Source: Octopus sinensis (taxonomy: Eukaryota). From it: a DNA stretch of 64,000 nucleotides. Shown here in pieces: positions 50,468 through 63,330 of the stretch (position 1 is its first letter; each line of letters starts with the position of its first letter). The notes under the pieces were generated by a model that made no database searches, was not told the DNA's origin, and worked only from the letters and a program-made list of their open reading frames with translations. Location of the stretch: positions 135,470,001 through 135,534,000 of the forward strand of contig NC_042997.1 in NCBI RefSeq assembly GCF_006345805.1, written 5' to 3'. The position numbers and the translations under genes are program-made.

Positions 50468-52268
50468 CGATTAAATAATTAAATTTAGAAAAATTAGAAG
50501 AAAAGTTTTTTTAAAAGAATATTTCTATAGTAGTGTTCAGATTTAAGTGGCATTCTGCCTTCTCTGACTCCCTTGTTTGCACTTGTGTGTCGAGGTAGTT
50601 GTGAGTTCTTGGTAAGGTAGTAGAGGGAAGGCTGGTGAGGAAAGGGGGGTGGGAGAATCTGGGAGTGCCCTGATGGTCGTATTTTGAATGGTCAGTGGCG
50701 GCTGGCAGTCTCAGTTCAATTCAGGAGAATATTTATATTGACAGGCTTGTTTATAGAATTAGCGTAGGTGTTATACTAAAAAACATTAGTGACAAACTTA
50801 AGGGGTAGGGGGTGGAGAGAAGAAGAAGAAGAAGAGAAGAAGAAGAAGAAGAAGAAGAAGAAGGAGAGGAGAAGATGATGGTGATGATGATTATGACGAC
50901 GATGATGATTAACGATGATGATGAAAAGAAGGAGGAGAAGGAGAAGATGGTGGTGATGATGGTGGCGATGATGATGACGCCGATGATGATGATAACGATG
51001 ATGATGAAGAAGAAGAGAGAAGAAGAAGAAGAAAGAAACAGAGAAGGGAGAATATGAATGGGTGTAAATATAGCTATGAAGGGGCTGATTATATGGATTC
51101 TATGGAGTGTAGTATTTGTGTGTGTATATATATTTTTTTCTTTTATTCTAAAGTTGAGGTATATTAATTGTTTGTCGTAGACCCGTTAAGAAGTGGCTTG
51201 TATTTTGTATAAAGAGAGATTTTCTTTACTTATTCTTTGTCTCGAGGTTGTATCGTCCCTAAATTGGTAGAGGGGGAAAATTCTGAAGTTGGGTGTTTTT
51301 TTGTTGGCGCAAGTATCTATGTGTGGCTAAAAGCTATTTTTCTGTTTTGGGGAATTTTTATCTGGGATCTGTGCAGGGCCATTCGTTTACGCAAACCATT
51401 TTTTGTTTGGCCTATGTACTGCTCTTGACACCCGGAGCAGGTTAGTGAGTATATTAGGTTCTCCGAAGCACATGTGAAGTTGCTTTCACTGAAAACCGTT
51501 GTCCCTGTTTGAAGGAGAACTCAGAACCCTCGATTAGATAGTCGCATATCCGCAATTGGGTCTTCCACATTTTTTTACTGTCGGCTTCTGTGTTGAAGAG
51601 TGAATTCGGGCTTGTGTAAGGAGACTTTTCATGGATCTAGGCTGTCTTTTGCTTTTTATGATCGTGTGTGTTTGGAGGATTGTGTTCATTCTGTGGTCTT
51701 TTTTTAGGAGGGGTATGTTGTGGAGGATGGTGTCGAAGGCTTCGTTATTGAGAGGGTTGTGTGTGAGATGTATGGTAAGGCTTTTGGTTGTAAGTTTTTT
51801 CTTTGATTTGGATGTCTCAGTTCCTTGATGTTAAGTTGAAGGGCACGTTGAATGCACTTGTCAATAAGTGAAGGTGGATAGTTCCTGGTGATTAGGGTAT
51901 CTTTTAGTTCTTGTAGTCGTGTGTCTCTGGTGTTTGCGTTAGAGACTATAGTGCATATCCTTTTTGCTAGATTGAAGGGGATATTCATCCTGGTGTGTCT
52001 GGGGTGGCATGAATTGAATGGAAGATATTGCTTAGAGTCTGTAGGCTTATAGTATATGTCTGTTTCTATTTTATTATTAGCTTTCTTATGAGGATATCAC
52101 CAGCCTTCCTCTAACTACCTACCAAGAACTCACAACTACCTCGAACACACAGTGCAAACAAGGGAGTCAGAGAAAGGCAGAATGCCACTTAAATCTGAAC
52201 ACTACTATAGAAATATTCTTTTAAAAAAAACTTTTCTTCTAATTTTTCTAAATTTAATTATTTAATCG

Positions 52269-52312
52269 TTACAGTGAAAAGGGTCTCAAAATGACCGAAA
52301 CCGGTACTGAAA
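52269..52312 (+). ncRNA. Minimal hammerhead copy in 5' pseudo-LTR (1-nt indels in core)
   Basis: TTACAG-TGAAAA-GGGTC tcaaaat GACC-GAAA-CCGG-TA-CTGAAA. Confidence 0.6.
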
Positions 52313-52429
52313 TGTTCACTATAAAATTATTTTAGCATTTTCTATTTTTTCTTGTTTTTTTCATATATATCAACTCGTGTGTTCCTTTTCACCCTTATAC
52401 ATATCATTAACCCACACGAGATACAGAAA

Positions 52430-55400
52430 ATGCCGACAAAAACAACACAATCACCTCCATAAACGAAGAAATACTGAAAGAACTCAGAAAATCAACACAA
52501 ATTTGTCAACTTTTTTGAACAAATTCGACTCGACACTTCAACCAATCGAGAGAACAATGAAGAAACAGATACGAAAAATACAACCTCGAAATTGTCGAAA
52601 ACCTTGGAAACTTATGCGAAACAATTAGAACATTTTTCTCTAACAACGCTAACCAAGGACCTCCAAACGCGTCAATATATGGGATCAATACTCTAACAAC
52701 ATACCAATGAAACACCACATAATACCACAATGGAACAAATTACTCAGAGATATAGAAGTTCGCCTTTTGGAAGATGATCCAAACACAACAACAAAGCGGA
52801 TATATACGAAAAATGGCTCAACCGGACCCCGTTAATCCTCCCACGTAATTTCCAGTTCAAAGCATTACAGAAGAACCTGAAACACAAAGACACCTCAGGA
52901 GAGAAATGGCACTGGAAAAATGAAAATGGAAATAGAACTTCTGAAATTGAGGGCCCAAACGAATGAGGATAAAATAAAATCCACCGATGAAGATATCAAC
53001 GAAGAAATTCGCAAAATGACCCAAGGCCCAGATCAAGAGAAGTTCTCCAAACTATGAAAGAGGACTGTGAAAAGAAGAACTAAAATCTCTCCAACGCTGG
53101 GAGAAAAGCGCCACTTGGTTCTCAGCTATGAAGCCGTCTTTCAAACAGAGCACGCTCCAACACCCTTTCCAGAAAATAAGAAAACCAAAACAACACCCAA
53201 ACACCGATACAACACCTGTCTAAAAATCGGAACCTTCACTACTATCAAAAAAGAATACAGGACCTAACCCTAACTCTGTAAGCAGCCAGCGATACAATAT
53301 CAGGAATACCCCCACTTCAACAGAGAAAGGATAAATCAACACCCAGCATAGACCTGCAACCTCATCCCCACCCAAGGAGTTACCAACGAATCTTCGTCCC
53401 ATTACCGGTTAAAAACAACCATGCACAACAACCCACACCACTTGCAATGATTACCAACGAAGGCCTCCTAGAACACACCCCCGAATATGGGATATCGGGA
53501 TGCTCTCCTCAATACTGCTCCAAGAACACACACCATAAATCACAACAGGAGACCCCTAATCAAAAGAACAACTATATACTAGCTACCGTCCCAACCACCG
53601 CATTCATTTTTTAGACCCATACGCAAACACAGAGACACAAGATAGCACCAAAAGCAGGAGGAACCAAAAGTAATAAAAATTATTAATCTAACTCACAAGG
53701 ACTACAAAGCAAAACCAAATAAACATACTTTCCAAAGGACTCAAGTTTACACCCACCCACAACACCCCAACTACCATGAAATGAAAGAAGACAATCGCAG
53801 AATTCTGCAGAAAATTAAGACTTACTGAGGAGCTATACGATAAATACAACGAGGACGAATCGTTAGCCAGAAATAGGAGTAACTACACCCCCTCGAAAGG
53901 TAAGAATAAAACACTTGATGTTTCTGTGACCACATATCAAATTACCCATATCAACATATGCACAAACACAAACACAAACCAAACTTCAGCAAAAAGAATG
54001 AGCTGAGTTGAACAAATTAAAACTAGATAAAACAATAACATCAAAGAGGCCGATAAAGGGAGTGCTGTTGTCTTAATGGATACGACATTTTACATAACTT
54101 TGGTACTTTCTATGCTGGAAGACACAACATACTATGAAAAGGCACAAAACTACAGTCAACAAAAAATATGAGGGAACTAAAATCCATATTAAACCCATAC
54201 AAAGCAGGGCTCACCGACAAAGAATATGATTATATGACCAATTCACAAGTAAAACTAGCCAATTCTACGGTATCCTAAGATCCACAAAAGTGAAAAAATA
54301 AGCAACGCATGCAAGATAGCTACAGACAAAATAATTAAAGTCCCTAATCCTAATGACCTCAAATTGAGACCCATAAGCAGGTCCGCATGCGAAACCCCAC
54401 GCCTCAGTAACTTTTTAGACACCTGTTAAAACCACTCCTCAAACATGTCAAAAACTATATAAGGGAACGACTTAGATATGCTCAATCACCTACCGAATAC
54501 TATAAACAAAAACACCATACCTGGTATCCTTCGATGTAGTCAACCTCTACTCCAATATCCCCCACAACCTAGGACTAGAGGCAATCCAATTCTGGCTAGA
54601 GAATCACGCCAACGAACTACCACACCGCATCAAAAAAGAATTTGTGATAGAAGGGGTTAAATTCATCCTGGAAAATAACTTCTTCGCCATCAATGACAAC
54701 TTCTACCGACAAAAATCGGGGACTGCGATGGGTACACGAATGGCCCCCTCCTTTGCCAACCTAGTCATAGGATACCTAGAGATCATCTGTATCGTAAGGT
54801 TCTAGAAAGATATGGCAGCCCTTCTCCATCTACATAGAAAACAACTGGAAGAGATATCTAGATGACTGTTTCATCCTTTGGCATAAAAATATAGAAAAAC
54901 TCATAGAATTCCAGAAAATTTTAAACGGACTGGACGTAAACATCCAATTCACGATGGAATATAGCCAACAACAACTCCCCTTCCTCGATATCCTCATTAA
55001 GAAAGCTAATAATATAATAGAAACAGACATATACTATAAGCCTACACGACTCTAAGCAATATCTTCCATTCAATTCATGCCACCCCAGACACACCAGGAT
55101 GAATATCCCCTTCAATCTAGCAAAAGGATATGCACTATAGTCTCTAACGCAAACACCAGAGACACACGACTACAAGAACTAAAAGATACCCTAATCACAG
55201 GAACTATCCACCTCACTTATTGACAAGTGCATTCAACGTGCCCTTCAACTTAACATCAAGGAACTGAGACATCCCAAATCAAAGAAAAACTTACAACCAA
55301 AAGCCTTACCATACATCTCCACACACAACCCCCTCTCAATAACGAAGCCTTCGACACCATCCTCCACAACATACCCCTCCTAAAAAAAGACCACAGAATG

Positions 55401-55927
55401 ACACACAATCCTCCAAACACACACGATCATAAAAAGCAAAAGACAGCCTAGATCCATGAAAAGTCTCCTTACACAAGCCCGAATTCACTCTTCAACACAG
55501 AAGCCGACAGTAAAAAAATGTGGAAGACCCAATTGCGGGATATGCGACTATCTAATCGAGGGTTCTGAGTTCTCCTTCAAACAGGGACAAAACGGTTTTC
55601 AGTGAAAAGCAACTTCACATGTGCTTCGGAGAACCTAATATACTCACTAACCTGCTCCGGGTGTCAAGAGCAGTACATAGGCCAAACAAAAAATGGTTTG
55701 CGTAAACGAATGGCCCTGCACAGATCCCAGATAAAAATTCCCCAAAACAGAAAAATAGCTTTTAGCCAACACATAGATACTTGCGCCAACAAAAAAACAC
55801 CAAACTTCAGAATTTCCCCCTCTACCAATTTAGGGACGATACAACCTCGAGACAAAGAATAAGTAAAGAAAATCTCTTTATTACAAAATACAAGCCACTT
55901 CTTAACGGGTCTACGACAAACAATTAA
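52430..55927 (+). pseudogene. PLE polyprotein (reverse transcriptase + GIY-YIG endonuclease), many single-base frameshifts
   Basis: FCRKLRL, IKEADKGSAVV, PKIHK, SFDVVNLYSNIPH, YRQKSGTAMGTRMAPSFANL, WKRYLDDCF, LPFLDI, TDIYYKPT, CGRPNCGIC, FTCASENLIYSLTCSGCQEQYIGQT. Confidence 0.92.
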
Positions 55928-56639
55928 TATACCTCAACTTTAGAATAAAAGAAAAAAATATATATACACACACAAATACTACACTCCATAGAATCCATTA
56001 CTAATCAGCCCCTTCATAGCTATATTTACACCCATTCATATTCTCCCTTCTCTGTTTCTTTCTTCTTCTTCTTCTTCCTCTTCTTCTTCATCATCATCGT
56101 TATCATCATCATCGGCGTCATCATCATCGCCACCATCATCACCACCATCTTCTCCTCTTCCTCCTTCTTCTTCATCATCATCGTTATCATCATCATCGTC
56201 GTCAATAATCATCATCACCATCATCTTCTCCTTCTCCTTCTCCTTCTTCTTCTTCTTCTTCTTCTTCTTCTTCTTCTTCTTCTTCTCTCTCCACCCCCTA
56301 CCCCTTAAGTTTGTCACTAATGTTTTTTTAGTATAACACCTACGCTAATTCTATAAACAAGCCTGTCAATATAAATATTCTCCTGAATTGAACTGAGACT
56401 GCCAGCCGCCCTGACCATTCAAAATACGACCATCAGGGCACTCCCAGATTCTCCCACCCCCCTTTCCTCACCAGCCTTCCCTCTACTACCTTACCAAGAA
56501 CTCACAACTACCTCGAACACACAGTGCAAACAAGGGAGTCAGAGAAAGGCAGAATGCCACTTAAATCTGAACACTACTATAGAAATATTCTTTTAAAAAA
56601 ACTTTTCTTCTAATTTTTCTAAATTTAATTATTTAATCG

Positions 56640-56683
56640 TTACAGTTGAAAAGGTCTCAAAATGACCGAAACCGGTACTGAAA
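56640..56683 (+). ncRNA. Minimal hammerhead with U3-A8 core (3' pseudo-LTR)
   Basis: TTACAG-TTGAAAA-GGTC tcaaaat GACC-GAAA-CCGG-TA-CTGAAA; palindromic stem III ACCGGT; GUA triplet. Confidence 0.78.
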
Positions 56684-56727
56684 TTTCACTATAAAATATT
56701 TTAGCATTTTCTATTTTTTACTTGTTT

Positions 56728-56766
<39 letters not shown>

Positions 56767-58605
56767 TGTATGTAAGTATGTATGAACCTGTGTATATATG
56801 TAGCTGTGTATAAATTATTAATGTGGTTATTCGCATATCGATATATATATATATAGCTATAAATAAAGGCATATGGATGTATGTATATAACAACACCGTC
56901 CCTAGAATCGGTTTCCAAAGTAAAGAATTGCGTTTGACGTAGGCCTTGAAACCAGAGTGTAGCTGAACAACGAACCAACAAATTTAGGTGGACATTCTGA
57001 CGTTTCCAATTTTCTCAGCAGTTCATTTCTGTTTAGCATGTGAAATGCTTTCACTGGTTATTAAGAGCTTTGTCTTTTCAATCCTTAATACATACATAGG
57101 TTTGGAAAAATGCTAGAAACATCAGTATGGAGAATTAAACTACAGAAATATTTGATCCATATAGTTTATCGTTTTCTATTTGTGCTTTTATTTTGCTGAG
57201 TGATTTAAAGTGTAGTATGAACAATGTGCAACTGATCTTTTATTCTGTAACTAGATTATTCATTAGGCGTTGTTCTGAAACGCTAAGTCAATTGTATTTC
57301 AGTATAGTGTTCGTCTTATAGCAACTATTATGAAGTGGCTAATTTATCTGTTGTCGCAAATAGAAAAGAAAGCGACGCATCATTTATTGTGGTTTTGTAG
57401 AATTATATAATTACACAAGCGTACACACGCAGATGATAATATATATATAAGAGTTGACTCCGATTTAAAGTATTTTAAGTCTCGTGGGCGTTTATGAGCG
57501 CGTATATCCTCAGATGTTCAGAGTGAAAGTGAGCCACACTGCTTAGTTCAGCTCACGTTAGTAGTTCGAAAAACGGGTGGTACCAGATAACTTCATATAT
57601 GCTTCTTCGTGGTAGAAGAGACAGCTGTTCGGGGTCAGTTTTTCCGTGACGTCACGTACATATGGCGAGTTAAGCAGAGTTGTAGTATTAAGTAATGCAT
57701 CAATTTGCATGCCAGACAATAACTATGTGTTGTAATTTTGTCGGGTGACGGAGAGCCAAGTATGTATGCAAAAAGAAGTTAATGTCATTACAGGAAAACA
57801 TAGATTGCATAATCATTAAAGCTGTTTTTAATGGTTTGAATTTCATTAAGTAGCCATATCGTTACTGACAACAGATGCATAAATCTACAGATCGTTGCTG
57901 GATATGCAGTTTATTACAGAGGTAGATCATTAATACGTACATACATGCATGCATACATTAATACATGTACATTTTCATACATACATATATACACATGCAT
58001 GTGCGTACTTAATAGACACATACATTAAAGTACCAATGAATATATACATTCATTCATGCATGCATTATAGACAAACTGATATATAGACGACTTTCCCGCT
58101 GTAGAAACTGAATATACTGCAACTGGGCCTTCTTGCAGTGTTCATCCTACAAATTTCACTCTCAACACGTTGACCAACCGAAACTACAGTTTCTGCAGAT
58201 ACCAAAAGTTTCGCAATGTGGGAATGAACGCAGAAGCACGTGTTTGCAAACTAGCACTGTGAAACCCAAGAAATTAGAAATCAATCACCTCATCCACTTA
58301 CTCACGTCATCAATTATTCTTATAGTGTAAGAATGCTTGTGTCTTAACTAATTACATTGGTATCATTTAACATGTATTCTTCATTAAAGATTTAAATTAA
58401 CAGAAGATATTTTCCAAGATATTAGTACATATTACCCCTGCTGTAACATGATAACACATAAGTCATCAGACTAAAAATAAGGCAGACACAAAGAAATTAC
58501 TTTAAATTAATGTTCATCTAAATCGCTTTCTGTTTAAGAACACAAAAGAATAGAATCAAATATCATAATGACGATAATCGCCATCATAACGTTTCTGCCA
58601 TCACC

Positions 58606-58825
58606 GGCGAGCTGGCAGAAACGTTAGCACGCCGGGCGAAATGCTTAGCAGTATTTCGTCTGCCGCTACGTTCTGAGTTCAAATTCCGCCGAGGTCGACT
58701 TTGCTTTTCATCCTTTCGGGGTCGATTAAATAGGTACCAGTTACGCACTGGGGTCGATGTAATCGACTTAATCCGTTTGTTTGTCTTCTCTGTGTTTAGC
58801 CCCTTGTGGGTAGTAAAGAAATAGA
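58606..58825 (+). mobile_element. tRNA-derived SINE (family A, tail type 1)
   Basis: Colinear with 21342-21570. Confidence 0.9.
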
Positions 58826-60549
58826 TAATCACCATCAAAATGGCGATAATCGCCATCATCATCATCATCATCACCACCACCACCACCACCATCATCATCA
58901 TTTTTAGAGCAGTAGTAGTCGTAGCGAAACTGCAACAGCAATAGCCACGTGGTCATCCTCATCACTACCGTCCTCGTTATCAAGGCAACTATTTAAATGT
59001 TACAGATTTTTTAAGTGGCCTTTGTATTACAACAGGATTGAATAAAGCATTTCAGGAATATTTTGTTTGATGATCTCTCTCAAGGTGTATGCTGTCTTCA
59101 TTTTCTCTAAATGTTTGCTGACTGTTGGAATTTATACTATGAAGATATTTATCATGTCCTGAAGAAGAAACTTGTGATCAAATGTATTGTTATTGTTGGT
59201 TATCTGTTGTTCATTTCTATTCAAACATACATCATCCCAAATATGCTTCTCAGCAATCTTCTTTTCTTTACTTCATATGAATGAATGTATTGAATTCGAG
59301 TATAGAACAAATAATTCAAGTCATTCTATTTGACACTTTAATGCATCTGAGAACGGACGGTATCGTGGCATTCTATGGCCACGGGCGGTAGAGCAATCAT
59401 ACTGCACATGATAGTATCTTGCGGGACTTCACGGTGTTTACGATTCCAAAGGATGGTTCAATCAGTATAATAAACCTCTTCCAATACGAGAACAATGAAA
59501 ATTCTACTTCTCTTTCTTGTTCTGCCTGGTGGCTCCTTGACCAGAGCACTGCTCTGTCCAGTATAATCTGGAACACTCTTGTGTCTGACAACCGCTAGTA
59601 ACTTCGCATATCTCAAAAGCCTGCTGCATTGCTTAAGAAGAAAAGTGAATGACTATTTTACTGCCGTTATTTTCATGTTAGCTATTTCTAATCCATTAGA
59701 CGTTAATACAACTCTTAAAAGTTTCTGAAATTTTAAAGTTCACAGGAAATTGTGAGGAAAGTAAGGACGACTATTCTTACTTTTCATTGAACTGTGGTTG
59801 TCAAACATCCTCATGGTAACTCCGCTGTGTGGTTACAATGAACTAACGGAAATCAATTCTCTTCTCAATCCAGTGGATATTAACGTTGGTTAGAAGATAC
59901 AATCGCCTTATTCAAAATTAAATTGCCGATGGTCTTTTGATGCTGTTACACTTCAAGAAATGCATTCACAGATCGAAATGCTAAAAATATATTTTTTACT
60001 CAACGACCTGTGAGAACTTCACTTTTCTATTGCTTGCTGTGAAAACACATTAAGTTAATAGTTATCATTTTTCTCTGACGCGGGAAACAGAATATAAAAT
60101 CAGGAGGTATTTGTTATCGATACTCAAGAATGGGCAATGGTTTCAAGAGATAAAAAATACGTTGTTCAAATAATTTCCAAACTCGGCAGAGGAGAATCGT
60201 ATCTTTCAACAGTGTACATAAGCTTTTGTATTTTATATTTCATAAGCATCCAAAAACCTCAACAAGTTATACATAGTCGCAACTATATCAAGTATTCTGA
60301 GAAATGATATGATAAAAGATATGGTAAAATATGAAAATAGATACTTACAGAATTGTAAATATATAGAACGAATGGGAAAGAAAATAGAGGAGAATACTTC
60401 TGGGCCTGAAGAATTATTAAGGTGTCTGATAATTTTTCTATATGTGTACCTGTGTAACTACCATTAGATAATGAAACATACACAGCGGAGAATGAATAAT
60501 ACCAGAATTATCTTCAGTCTTCAGTTTTGATATATATATATATATATAA

Positions 60550-60757
60550 TGTGACCGCGTGGGTACCGTTGGCGATTTTTTTCGTCCGTCTTCCCTTCTT
60601 TGGATCTTTCCTTTTCCTATGTTTCTGACGAAGAGCTCCGCTCGAAACGTTAGACCCTCCTTCTTTCCTTCTTTCCTGAGCGTCCAATAATACTATACTT
60701 GTTCCACGTCCTCGCGTTGTTGTGCTTTCTCTTTGTGTTTTCATGTTTGGATTAACA

Positions 60758-60758
<1 letters not shown>
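60550..60758 (+). mobile_element. Solo HHR-bearing pseudo-LTR-like element between (AT)n tracts
   Basis: ~210-bp unique insert. Its 3' end TTGTTCCACGT..GTTGTTGT..GTTTGGATTAAC recurs at 39208-39252, also within (AT)n. Confidence 0.75.
60621..60655 (+). ncRNA. Ultra-minimal type I hammerhead
   Basis: GTTT-CTGACGA-A-GAGC tcc GCTC-GAAA-CG-TT-AGAC; palindromic stem III AACGTT. Confidence 0.75.
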
Positions 60759-60799
<41 letters not shown>

Positions 60800-61599
60800 G
60801 CAGGTATGTGTGTGTTATCTACGTAACGGTTAATAAGTATATACTTATGATGTCCATAACTGCAATAATATTTACTATCTCTTCCCGCTACCTACTCTTC
60901 TTGACTGACAGCTCTGCGACACGCACACGCACACACAGACAAACAAACACACACACACACACTTACGAGCGCGTAGTTTAAACCTGTATTCTGGTTAGAA
61001 ATTTCACTTGTTGATAGTACTGTGGATTAAACAAGTCGTTGCTCACGTGTTTAAATGGTTGCGTGAAAACTTTAGGAATTACATAATGTAGTTTTTAATC
61101 TAGATTAATTTGTATTACGCTTAAGACAAAAAACACTTAAGCAATTGTAGCGACTCTTCAAAACAAATTCGTCTGTTTTTATTATCTTTTCACCCCACAC
61201 ATAAGGTTTCACTTTCGTTGGAGACTTTGGAATACAATTTCAATTACCTAATACCAATGACTTTACTTCATCGGTACTTTCTGTGCATGAGTAATTGATT
61301 ATTTCCCTGTCTACTCTGCGTGATTCTGTCCTTCTAACTAGTGTCATGCTTCACTTTTATGTACACGATCCTCTGTGAATTTATTGCAATCAATATTATC
61401 TAGTATATATAAATCACAGAATGCGTGCATGTATTGACTAACGAATACATTTCCACAATTCTCAACTGATTTTCACCAACCTTTACACACACATTACTTA
61501 TGTCCCAAGGATAGTTATGCACTATAATATTTGCCCAGAGCTCCCGCATAAATGGTCAAACCGGGAAAAACTTTGGTTTACGCGGATTTTTCTCTAATT

Positions 61600-62656
61600 T
61601 GTTATATAAACATATTGTTTCTATGTTACATCTTCCATACATTTTTAATCTATAATATCGTATATTGGCATTAAAGAAAAATTTTAGCGGTTTTCCCATT
61701 TTTTAAATTTATTATTTATTCATAAGTTGTAATTGTGTATTATTACTTGGTTAAAGATTATTATAAAAGTGAAAGGATTTTGTCTATTTATTTATTTTCA
61801 CTGTCCACCTGCGACAGTGATTAAAGTGACTAGGAACACTGTACGCGACGAATATCCAATAGCAAACAACCTTAATATCCATAATTAAACTGCATTAGAC
61901 TTTGGTAAGCTTACCTTTAACTGTTCTGAATTACTTGGAAGGTGATGTCTTCTTCTCTCTCTTCTGTTTGTTGACACCTTTGCTTAGCTATCAGTCCATT
62001 GTTTCAGTTTAAGGATGCATATTTACCCACCCATTATGATATTTCGCGAACGCGACATCTGTCACTGAGAACCGCTAAAGATCCAAAGCAGTATTCGTGA
62101 ACTGAAGTCAAACTCTTCATGTCTTCATTTTTCGTTACCTAAAGTCAATTTCAGAGTGGTCATACACTGTGAGCACATAGCAAATACATTCCTTCAACTA
62201 TACTTTTTCAAGTAGGTATTATATTGCCATTTTTGAAAATACCAATAATACTTCTCTCCGATAAAATAACCCTCTTTGCTGTTGGATAAAATAAATTCGC
62301 AGAGGGGAAGTTTCAATGTCTTCATTCAATTTCCATACACCATATATGTGACTGTTTCTGACAAGAGATTTCACTTCCATGTAAAACAACTACATTTTGT
62401 AGTTATTATCCGTAATCTACTCCCAAAACACCTCAGTAGCTCTATTTGCATAGCTTGCAAACTTATATGTTCCATGATAATTATAGTGCAATGATCTCCA
62501 CAATAACCAGCCTTCAGTTTGGTTTTCTGTTCCTAGGTTAATCGGAAACATAGATTGCCGTGCTACTCATAAAACTTCTCGATAGTTCAATTATTTGCTG
62601 AAAAAATACCACCAAAGCAAATTAAACCGTTCAAAGGACGCGTTCGTGTGCTAGTA
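61600..62656 (-). mobile_element. Possible non-autonomous Helitron-like element (5' end at ~62655)
   Basis: Minus strand starts ACTAGCACACGAACGCGTCCTTTGAACGG next to (AT)n, like the ACTAG start at 45656. 3' boundary not resolved. Confidence 0.3.
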
Positions 62657-62858
62657 TATATATATTTTTACCATGATGTAAACTAAAAATGCATCAATAA
62701 CATGCTGCCGTAACAAGTGCTGTTCATTTTGTAAACCACTTGTAAACTTCTTTTATACATTCACTACACTTGGAACAATCCCTGGTTGGATCTGCAGTTT
62801 ATACTGGGTTGAGTACCTACGCATCTATGTATCTATGTTTGTGTGTGTGTGAATGTAT

Positions 62859-62918
62859 GATTGATTGATTGATTCTAGTTTCAGCTCACGAGCTGTGGCC
62901 ATGCTGGGGCACCGCCAT
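62859..62918 (-). mobile_element. Tail-only copy of the CR1/L2-group LINE 3' end
   Basis: Reverse complement ATGGCGGTGCCCCAGCATGGCCACAGCTCGTGAGCTGAAACTAGAA + (TCAA)n. Confidence 0.82.
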
Positions 62919-62975
62919 GTATATATATATATATATATGTGTGTATGTGTGTGTGTCTGTGTGGGTGTAAGTATG

Positions 62976-63025
<50 letters not shown>

Positions 63026-63035
63026 ATAGATATAT

Positions 63036-63088
<53 letters not shown>

Positions 63089-63089
63089 C

Positions 63090-63122
<33 letters not shown>

Positions 63123-63131
63123 ATATATATC

Positions 63132-63163
<32 letters not shown>

Positions 63164-63164
63164 A

Positions 63165-63236
<72 letters not shown>

Positions 63237-63260
63237 CATATATATATATATATATTATAT

Positions 63261-63304
<44 letters not shown>

Positions 63305-63330
63305 ATATATATATATGTATAGAGAGAGAA
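62919..63330. repeat. Long (AT)n/(GT)n tract
   Basis: Directly visible. Confidence 0.96.

Larger units (their letters stand above)
50338..56735 (+). mobile_element. Near-complete Penelope-like element (Neptune-type) with inverted 5' duplication
   Basis: Architecture: inverted arm 50338-52098 (reverse complement of ~54987-56735 plus tail), partial direct pseudo-LTR 52097-52400, ORF 52430-55927, 3' pseudo-LTR to 56735. Both ends in (AT)n. Confidence 0.93.

Noticed and set aside
57645-57656. Palindromic CRE-like site CGTGACGTCACG
   Set aside because: A single short motif with no supported gene or promoter nearby; plausible by chance
59050-59640. Possible very old RT fragment on minus strand (FDHKFLLQ)
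   Set aside because: Single weak motif; insufficient evidence
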